Part shown: piece by piece, positions 54,647 through 64,000 of the stretch
How positions within the stretch are numbered: the first letter of the stretch is position 1
Layout of the letters: every line of letters begins with the position of its first letter
NCBI GenBank assembly: GCA_951406725.2
Contig: OX597839.1
Location: 32,798,001-32,862,000, forward strand
Source of the DNA: Octopus vulgaris
Lineage: Eukaryota
Reading direction: 5' to 3'
DNA length: 64,000 nt
The notes under the pieces: generated by a model
Told to the model about the DNA's origin: nothing
The model's input: the letters and a program-made list of their open reading frames with translations, nothing else
Database searches by the model: none
Translations under genes and position numbers: made by a program

Positions 54647-55230
54647 ACACACATACACGCACACAGACACTCACATACACACACACATACACACACTCAC
54701 ACACACACACACATACACACACACTCATACACACACACATACACACACACTCACACACACGTACACACACTCACACACATACACACACACACACACACAT
54801 ACACACACGCACTCACACACACAGACACTCAAACACACATACACATACACACACTCACACACACACACGCACTCACACACATATGATGGGCTCCTTTCAC
54901 TTTCACATCCACTCATAAAGCTTTGGTTGGCCTAGGGTTATGATAGAAGACACTCGGCCCAAGGTGCCACGCAGTGGGACTGAACCCGGAACCATGTGGT
55001 TCAGAAGGAAACCTCTTACCGCACAGCCGTGCCTGTGCCATTGATAATACTAATATTTCAAATGTTAGGAAAGACATTTTATGTATTTCAGACACATAGA
55101 ATCCTCCAACAGGCAATTAGTACAAGGGAGATAACTATTTCTTCATAATATTTGGTGGGATCAGAGGTCTGGAGTAGAAATTAAAGAATAAAGGAGATAC
55201 ATGAAGAATGCGTAGTCTTATTTATTAGAT

Positions 55231-55580
55231 TTACTCTTTTACTTGTTTCAGTCATTTGACTGCGGCCATGCTGGAGCACCGCCTTTAGTCATGCAACTCG
55301 ACCCTGGACATTCTTTGTAAGCCCAGTACTTATTTTATCGGTCTCTTTTGCCGAAACGCTAAGTGACGGGGACATAAACACACCAGCATCGGTTGTCAAG
55401 CAATGCTAGGGGGACAAACACAGACACATAGACATACACACACAAACATATATATATACATATATACGACAGGCTTCTTTCAGTTTCCGTCTACCAAATC
55501 CACTCACAAGGCTCTGGTCGGCCCGAGGCTATAGTAGAAGACACTTGCCCAAGGTGCCACGCAGTGGGACTGAACCCGGA
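55231..55580 (-). mobile_element. SINE family A copy (5'-truncated)
   Basis: Same motifs. Confidence 0.8.
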
Positions 55581-55989
55581 ATATTTGTTTATTTATTTAT
55601 TTTGCTTAGTTATTGTGAAAAATCTTAAAATTTCTGGTCTGCGGCAAGAGTGTGGAGTACCGTTTCATTCTTTTTAGAAATCCTCATGCTCATTTATTGG
55701 TTTCGGTCTGTGGACTGTGCCCATGCTGGAGCACTGCCTTTAATGGGTTTAAGCTGACCATATTTCTGTCTGGTATTTGTTTTGTTGATTTCTGTTTGTT
55801 GAATTGCTAAGTTATGACTATTATTCTGTTTCTTTTTGTTTACTTTATGCAAAAGAACACACCTCGACACACTGGTTTACTTTGATAAATACAAACACAG
55901 ACTACACACACACACACATGCACATACATATGTGCACATGCTGGTAGTGGTGGTCACCATTAGGGTGATAGTGGGAATGTAGACAGTGG

Positions 55990-56752
55990 CAATGATGGTG
56001 GTGGTGGTGGTAGTTATGAAGGTAGAGGTAGTTGTAGTGTTGGTGGTGGTGGGGTGATAATGTTGGGGGGGTGATGGTGGTGTTGGTGGTTGTGAGGGTG
56101 GTAGTGATGGTGGTGGTGGTGATAGTGGTGGTAGTTGTGAGGGTGGTGCTAGTGGTTGTGGTGGTGGTAGTGCTGGTTGTGGTGCTGGTGCTGGTGGTAG
56201 TGGTGGTGGTGGTTGTGAGGGTGGTGCTGGTGGTTGTGGTGGTGGTAGTGCTGGTTGTGGTGGTGGTGCTGGTGGTAGTGGTGGTGTTGGTGGTGGTTGT
56301 GAGGGTGGTGCTGGTTGTGGTGGTGGTGGTGGTTGTTGCGGTTGTGGTGGTGGTGGTGGTAGTGGTGGTAGTGGTGGTGGTGGTAGTAGTTATGAAGGTA
56401 GAGGTAGTTGTAGTGTTGGTGGTGGTGGGGTGATGGTGGTGTTGGTGGTTGTGAGGGTGGTAGTGATGGTGGTGGTGGTGATAGTGGTGGTAGTTGTGAG
56501 GGTGGTGCTAGTGGTTGTGGTGGTGGTAGTGCTGGTTGTGGTGGTGGTGCTGGTGGTAGTGGTGGTGGTGGTTGTGAGGGTGGTGCTGGTGGTTGTGGTG
56601 GTGGTAGTGCTGGTTGTGGTGGTGGTGCTGGTGGTAGTGGTGGTGGTGGTGGTGGTGGTTGTGAGGGTGGTGCTGGTTGTGGTGGTGGTGGTTGTTGCAG
56701 TTGTGGTGGTGGTGGTGGTGGTGGTGGTGGTGGTAGTGGTAGTGCTGGTGGT
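55990..56752 (+). repeat. Cryptic (GGT)n array with an internal ~370-bp duplication
   Basis: GTAGTTATGAAGGTAGAGGTAGTTGTAGTGTTGG appears at ~56010 and ~56386; ends ~45 bp upstream of a splice acceptor. Confidence 0.85.
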
Positions 56753-56797
56753 GTCAGCAATGATTAACGAAGTCTCTCCTCTCCGTTCCTCCGCCAG

Positions 56798-56961
56798 TAT
56801 GCCATTGGTGTGATGCGACACGAGATGCGGAAGCTGGACGAAATCGCTCAGGCAGAAGAAAGGAAGCTGGAAATGGCGGAACAGTATTTGGAGGAAGATG
56901 CTTCCATGTTTGATGAATTCTTGAAGGAAAATGATAAGAGTTCTGTTGAAGCCATAAAGAT
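56798..56961 (+). CDS. CFAP100: CFAP100 exon (YAIGVMRHEMRKLDEIAQAEERKLEMAEQYLEEDASMFDEFLKENDKSSVEAIK)
   Basis: ccgccag acceptor, gtaagt donor; hallmark 'LEEDAxxFDEFLKEND' of DUF4200/CFAP100. Confidence 0.95.
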
Positions 56962-58096
56962 GTAAGTGTTTTGATTCTGGAGAGGGGGGGAAGGAAAAGG
57001 AAAGAAAGAAGGAAGGAAGGAAGGAAAGGAAGGAAGGGAGAGAGAGACAGAGAGAGATGAAAAAAGAAAAAGAGACAGACAAAGAAAGGAAGGAAGAAGG
57101 GAGAGAGAGAAAGAGAGAGACAGATGGAGAAAGAAAGAGAGACAGACAAAGAAAGGAAGGAAGGAAGGAGAGAGAGACAGACAAAAGAAGGAAGGGAGAA
57201 AGGAAGGGACAGAGACAGAGAGAGAGACAGAGAAAGAAAGAGACAGACAGAGAAAGGAAGGAAGGAGGGAGGGAGAGAGTGACAGACAGAAGAAGGAAGG
57301 GAGAGAGAATGAAAGAGAGAAAGATGGAAAGAAGGAAGAGAGAGAGAGAAAGGAGGGAAAGAAAGAGAGAGAGAGAGGGAAGGAAAGAAAGAAAGAAAGA
57401 AAGAAAGAACGAAAGAAAATAAGTGAGAGAGAAAGGAAAGGAATGAGTTGTTTTTCTTTCTTTCTTTCCAAAATGGTGAAGAAGAATCTGAAGGATTCTT
57501 GCCTTGAATTGTCTTTGATTTTTTTAGTTTTTTTCTTCAAAGTCAACTCTGCCAGTTATTCTCTCAACTCTCTCTCTCCCTCTCTCTCCTTCTCTCTCTC
57601 ACTCTCTCTCACTTTCTTCATCTCTCTTTCTCCCTCTTTCTCTTTACCTCTCTCTCACTTTCTTTATCTCTTTCTCATGCTCTTAGTTTCTCTCTCTCTT
57701 TCTTTCTCTCACTTTCTTTGTCTTTCTCTTTTTGTCTCTCTCTCTCTTCGTATTTCTCTCACTCCCTCTTTCTTTCACTCTCTCTCATTCTCTTTATCTG
57801 TCTCTCTCTCTTTATCTTTGTCTCTCTCTCTTTATCTTTGTCTCTCTCTCTCTTTATAGTAATTGCTTTTTGCTAGTTCATCTTCTCCTTTTGTCTTCTC
57901 TCCTGGTGCTGTATGAACATTTAATGTGATTTTAGAGTCAAGTTTTGGCTGCTATTTCCAGTGTGGCGGTATCTCCTAGATACTCTAAATTTTGATTTTA
58001 ATTATAATTATTGCCTTTGAAGGTTTTTATTCCCATGCTGACCACTTGATAAGATCGATATTTAAATTAACGATCTTATCCTCATTTATATAAATT

Positions 58097-58162
<66 letters not shown>

Positions 58163-58165
<3 letters not shown>

Positions 58166-58383
58166 TGCGGTGTGGAAGGTGTTTGTAAGCCATATAAGAA
58201 ACACACAAAAGCCGTTCAATTCACTTCAACATTGTCAGATGCAGCACGGATTTTTGTCAGTGAACAGATCACGGTCTTAAAGCAACAAAAATATTTTGAC
58301 AAATTAAACTTAAATGTTGAAGTGAATCTAACGGATTTTGTGTGTTTCTTGAATGGCTTACAAACACCTTCCACGCTGCAATT
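58163..58383. repeat. Inverted repeat, ~70-bp arms, between (TA)n arrays
   Basis: GTGGAAGGTGTTTGTAAGCCAT / ATGGCTTACAAACACCTTCCAC and adjacent blocks; short related fragment at ~50941. Confidence 0.8.
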
Positions 58384-58443
58384 GTTTTCGTTCCAGCACA
58401 CGATCTCACATCAAATCACTTGCTATGCGAGTCCATCTCCGTA

Positions 58444-58572
<129 letters not shown>

Positions 58573-59296
58573 AAAGTAAATAAAAGGTACAACGAAGCAC
58601 TGATATTTACTGGAAAATAGCGAACGTAATAAATACGACGCTAATGTATAGCTTCACTGTGTATGTACTAGTAAAGATGCTTGTGTGCAACAAACATGAA
58701 AAAAGTTGTCTTACTTCTAGGAAGAACATCTGAAAAATGAAAAACCTAGATAACGGATAATGCAGTACCGGTTTCAGATTCTTCAAAATACGTTTGCCAA
58801 ACGTATATTTGATTTATCTTCATCAGCTGCATAAACCTCGACAATATTTCAAATGATGCCACATCTATGCCAGTACACTCGTCTGAACGACAAAACGTTA
58901 ACAGAACGAGAACAGTGAAGAAGTTTCAATGAAAATAGTAATGCAATGCGAGAGTATTGCTTTCCAGTAAAGGATAGCCCGTGAGGGTAAAATTATACAT
59001 AAAAGTAAATAAATGGTACAACGAAGCACCGATATTTACTGGATGCACACACACACACACTTACCATGAGAATGATTTTTCCCCCAAAAATCACTGCACA
59101 CAAAATTTATTAGCATTTCATATTCTTTCCACCCTTTATTGTTAATGAAATTGTTATTTAATGCATATTAACCCCTTTATCTATCTTAAAAGGGTCAAAG
59201 GACCTTCCCAAGCTGGGTTTTTTTTTTATGTGTCTTTGTCTTTGTCATCCCATGAATCTTTCCAAACTAATTTCTTGAAAATTACTCCGATTTCAG

Positions 59297-59453
59297 TGCT
59301 GAACAGGAAACAAAAGAAAAACTAGAGAAAGTTGCCGAAATCAAAAAGATCAATGCATCAATAATGTCACTAAAATCTGAAATATCAAAGGCTGAAGATA
59401 CATTAAAGGAGTACAAGATATACCGGGACTTTCTGGAGAATCTTGCACCAGTG
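59297..59453 (+). CDS. CFAP100: CFAP100 exon (AEQETKEKLEKVAEIKKINASIMSLKSEISKAEDTLKEYKIYRDFLENLAPV)
   Basis: tttcag acceptor, gtatgt donor, phases 2/0; 'KSEISxxEDTLKxYKxYxDFLxxLxP' motif. Confidence 0.95.
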
Positions 59454-59803
59454 GTATGTCTATCTACTTAAAGTAACTGAAATAAGTGTTAGATAAATAA
59501 GTGGGAAATAGAATGCCTTGTGAGTGAATTTGGTTGATGGAAACTATGCAGAAGCCCAGCATACATGTATATGTATGTTTGTCTTTTCTTTTATATCTTT
59601 TATCCTTTATTTGTTTCAGTCGTTAGACTGTGGCCATGCAGGGGCACTGCCTTGAAGGATTTTAGTTGAGTGAATCGACCCCATTATTTGTTTATATTTT
59701 TTAAGCTTGGTACTTATTTTATCAGTCACTTTTTGTTGGACTGCTAAGTCATGTGGATGTAAACACTACAATACTGGTTGTAAAGTGGTAGAGATAAACA
59801 CAG

Positions 59804-59845
<42 letters not shown>

Positions 59846-60039
59846 ACACGCGCACACACACACTCATATATGATAGGCTTTTTTCTTTTAGTTTCTGTCT
59901 ACCAAATCCAATCCCAAGACTTTGGTTGGCCCAAGGCTACAGTGTAAGACCCTTGTCCAAAGCTCCAGCATGGCCGCAGCCAAATGACTGAAACAAACAA
60001 AGAATGTGTGTGTGTGTGAGTGTGTAGGTATGTAGGTAT

Positions 60040-60590
60040 GTGGAGGCGCAATGGCCCAGTGGCCCAGTGGTTAGGGCAGCGGATTCGCGGTCGTAGAATC
60101 GCGGTTTCGATTCCCAGACCGGGCGTTGTGAGTGTTTATTGAGCGAAAACACCTAAAAGCTCCACGAGGCTCCGGCAGGGGATGGTGGTGATCCCTGCTG
60201 TACTCTTTCACCGTGGAGGCGCAATGGCCCAGTGGTTAGGGCAGCGGACTCGCGGTCATAGGATCGCGGTTTCGATTCCCAGACCGTGAGTGTTTATTGA
60301 GCGAAAACACCTAAAAAAGCTCCACGAGGCTCCGGCAGGGGATGGTGGTGATCCCTGCTGTACTCTTTCACCACAACTTTCTCTCACTCTTATTTCCTGT
60401 TTCTGTTGTACCTGTATTTCAAGGGGCCGGCCTTGTCACTCTCTGTGTCACGCTGAATATCCCCGAGAACTACGTTAAGGGTACATGTGTCTGTGGAGTG
60501 CTCAGCCACTTACACGTTAATTTCACGATCAGGCTGTTCCGTTGATCGGATCAACCGGAACCCTCGTCTCTTGTAACCGACGGAGTGCTT
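60040..60590 (+). mobile_element. tRNA-derived SINE family C with a duplicated 5' part
   Basis: GTGGAGGCGCAATGGCCCAGTGGTTAG (A box), GGTTTCGATTCCC (B box); other copies ~30020-30300(-) and ~19660-19900(-). Confidence 0.8.
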
Positions 60591-60663
60591 CCATTCCATG
60601 TAGGTATGTTTATATTCACAAAGAATGAACTCATTATTGCCTCTAAATTCCTTCCCACTTCAG

Positions 60664-60773
60664 GAATGGCAGGAAGAAATAAAACAAAAACGGAAAGACC
60701 GGCGGCAACTGAGACATAAGAAGTCGATGCAACGGGACCAAACAAGCATTGAACAAGAAGAAAGCAAGATAAA
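60664..60773 (+). CDS. CFAP100: CFAP100 exon (EWQEEIKQKRKDRRQLRHKK...)
   Basis: cttcag acceptor, gtaagg donor; 'P.EW.EE' continuation. Confidence 0.88.
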
Positions 60774-61053
60774 GTAAGGAATCGCAGAAACTTGATTTCT
60801 TCAAATTCAAAGAAAAATGTTGATCTTTCTCGAAACCTATTTAAGATTGTTTTGAAAGGTGTCACTTATTTTTGAAGACATGAATGTGATTTTGAGGCAG
60901 CTCTATCTATCTATCTATCTATCCATCAATCTATCTATCTATCTATCTTTCTATCTATCTATCTATCCATCAATCTATCTATCTATCTATCTACCTATCT
61001 ATCTATCCATCCATCCATCTATCTATCTATCTATCTGTCTATCAATATATCTA

Positions 61054-61112
<59 letters not shown>

Positions 61113-61124
61113 TTCTGTCGATAT

Positions 61125-61166
<42 letters not shown>

Positions 61167-62376
61167 ATAATACAGTGATTGTTTCTTATCAGGAACAAAA
61201 TATATGCTTGTACAGATGAGTTATGTTCCATCTTCCGTGATGTTTAAATGTATATTCTTTGATTAAATATTCGAGTTATGAAATGTTATGTGGATGACCT
61301 TGCGTTTGTTTGTTCTATAACCTTAGTTTTATATATATATATATATAACATGGAAAAATGCGAGCAAGAAAAATACTGTTAAGATTATGGGCCTGGAAAA
61401 TTACAGGACAAGTTATTACATCTGGTAAAGTACAGAACAAGAAAAGTTTTACTTAAAATATTGCAGCTAAGGATTAAAATCTAGGTGCGTGAAAAGACTA
61501 GGCAGGACAAGTGAGTCCAGCCCACTTATGCATGCCTTTCCTCCCTTGGACACACAAAGACCTGTTGAGGCAAGCGAAGTCGATATCGAACCTCATCCGA
61601 CAACAGGCACCTATGCCAACCCTCCTTTGCTTGCGAAGACCTGTTGGGGCAAGTGAAATCGGAATCGAAATTGAACCAATCCTATGACTGGCACCCGGCA
61701 GATGCCAAGACCCCTGGACTGGAGATACGTAAAAAGCACTATCCGAATCGCGGCCGATGCCAGCGCCGCCTCCACTGGCTTCCATATTGGTGGCACGTAA
61801 AAAGCACCATCCGAATCGTGGCCGAAGCCAGCGCCGCCTCGACTGGCTTCCATGCAGGTGGCACGTAAAATGCACCAATCCGACTGTGGCCGATGCCAGC
61901 CTCGCCTGGCACCAGTGCAGGTGGCACATAAAAAGCACCCACTACACTCATGGAGTGGTTGGCGTTAGGAAGGGCATCCAGCTGTAGAAACACTGCCAGA
62001 TCAGACTGGAGCCTGGTGCAGCCTTCTGGCTTCCCAGATCCCCTGTCAAACCGTCCAACCCATGCTAGCATGGAGAACGGACGTTAAACGATGATGATGA
62101 TGATGATGAATAAAATATTTAGAAAATATTAGCTTTTATTAAAACTAAAAATTTTATTACTTTTATTTGTTATTACTTGTTACTTCTATTAAAAAGAAAA
62201 AAATAACTCAAAATATTTTTTTGCATCTTAAAAACATTCATTTTTTAAAAATTATTAATTAATAATTAGAAATTTGAAAATAGGTTATAAAAATAATAGT
62301 AGTACATAATTAGTTAGTACAATAAACAGAATAATACAGAAAAATTAGCTATATTTTACAGTAAAATCTACCTATA

Positions 62377-62768
62377 AGGAGTGGCTGTGTGGTAAGTAGC
62401 TTGCTTACCAACCAAATGGTTCCGGGTTCAGTCGCACTGTGTGGCACCTTGGGCAAGTGTCTTCTACTATAGCCCCGGGCCGACCAAAGCCTTGTGAGTG
62501 GATTTGGTAGACGGAAACTGAAAGAAGCCCGTCGTATATATGTATATATATGTATGTGCGTGTATGTTTGTGTGTCTGTGTTTGTCCCCCTAGCATTGCT
62601 TGACAACCGATGCTGGTGTGTTTATGTCCCCGTCACTTAGCGGTTCGGCAAAAGAGACCGATAGAATAAGTACTGGGCTTACAAAAGAATAAGTCCCAGG
62701 GTCGAGTTGCTCAATTAAAGGCGGTGCTCCAGCATGGCCACAGTCAAATGACTGAAACAAGTAAAAGA
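62377..62768 (+). mobile_element. SINE family A copy
   Basis: Full head to tail. Confidence 0.85.
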
Positions 62769-63969
62769 CATAACAACAAATTCACAATTAAATTTGCTTG
62801 AGCTATTGCCAAAGTTCTTGCCAAGTCTTCACATTATCTGTCTTGACCCAATGCCTATTTCTTACATAATAAATTTGCCTGCCCTGTATACTATTCTATT
62901 TTGCATAAAACTTTAGCTATATTGGTACTTCTGTCTCTCATTTTTTAAGTATTCTTGTGTGTCGATATTTTAACAGAGTGATGGTACCTTTTTTAATTAT
63001 AATGTTACTTGTGCAGTTACTGTTTACATCTCGTTCAGAGATTTATTATTGTTTGCAGACAGTTTTTCGATATCAATGACGGAAGTTACTGGAAAAACAA
63101 TAAATAAAGATTTGCAAACGGTCTCCCTTTATCGAAAACCAGGGACTGCCGTACGCCGAAGACGGGTAAATACCTCGAAACTGCAGGCCATGCGTATCAC
63201 TTAGTTTTACGAGAGAGGGATGACCTCCCTTTGCAAATACCATAAGTCCACAGAAAGTGTGCCTAAAGCCAGCTGGAGACGATGATCTCCTGGGGCTAAA
63301 AGCTACAGTAACACCCACCCTTAGTGGTTAGCCACACTGAGATGGCTAGTATACTTTACGTTGTCGAGCGGTTACTGTTTACATCTCGTTCAGAGATTTA
63401 TTATTGTTTAATATCAAATCATTTTTAATATTCAAATTTTATCCTTAGCTGCAGTATTTTAAGTAAAAATGTTCTTATTCTGTACTTTATCAGATAACTA
63501 ACTAATGGATGGTACATTCAGGGCAAGTTATTAGGGTAACTACTGTACCCTAATAACTTGCCCTGAATGTACCACCCATTAGTTCACTCTCTCCATCAAA
63601 TCGCTGTTGTCTGAACAGGTGTGCAGTGTGCCACGGGTCAGGTGACAAAGTAATCGCTGGACAACATGAGATGAAGTGTCTTGCTCAAGAAGGCAATGCA
63701 ATGCACTGCCCGATCCAGGAATTGAAACCACAATCTTGCAACCGTGAGTGCAACATGGGGAGATACGAGATAGCCCATTCAGAAACATATAAACATTGTT
63801 TACTTCCCTTTAAGATTTCTTATTTGTGTTTTGGTGTCAACATGGTTGCCACTCCAAATGTGACCTTGTCACAGATACGTGCACACACACACACACACGT
63901 TATATGTCCATGTTCTTCTATCTCTTTCTGTTATATAATATGTTATTCGTGTGATTTTTATTTCTGCAG

Positions 63970-64000
63970 GCGTTTCAGTGAAACGGACAGTCATACATCC
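63970..64000 (+). CDS. CFAP100: Probable next CFAP100 exon, truncated by the window end (RFSETDSHTS)
   Basis: Strong tttctgcag acceptor; open in the phase-2 frame required by the preceding exon. Confidence 0.6.

Noticed and set aside
56071-57859. Poly-Val/Pro/Thr and Ser-Leu-rich ORFs
   Set aside because: (GGT)n and (GA)/(CT)n tracts in CFAP100 introns; the only real coding part is exon 56798-56961
60040-60120. tRNA gene
   Set aside because: A and B boxes are present but it is the head of a multicopy SINE, with no convincing acceptor stem

Overview
AT-rich, microsatellite- and SINE-dense animal genomic DNA. The tRNA-derived SINE families and (TA)n/(TACA)n arrays suggest an octopod cephalopod (inference from repeat style). 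Two protein-coding genes are well supported. One is an intronless SIN1/MAPKAP1 (mTORC2 subunit) at 3091-4800 (+). The other is the 5' part of a multi-exon CFAP100/CCDC37 ciliary gene (+), missed by the ORF track: 8 phase-compatible exons from 42949 to the window end, with two RFX X-box-like motifs upstream. The rest is repeats: three tRNA-SINE families, an RTE-associated (GAT)n-tailed element, RTE and CR1/L2-like LINE relics, a decayed Merlin (IS1595-like) transposase, and hAT, mariner, pogo and piggyBac-type MITEs. The most interesting unexplained signal is a set of degenerate minimal hammerhead-ribozyme motifs. Two of them sit in 355-429 bp units bounded by 39-50 bp direct repeats (retrozyme/circRNA-retrocopy-like), and one sits in a perfect 108-bp-arm palindrome. 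Almost all other ORFs in the track are repeat-derived artefacts. All homology calls are by eye; no searches were run.
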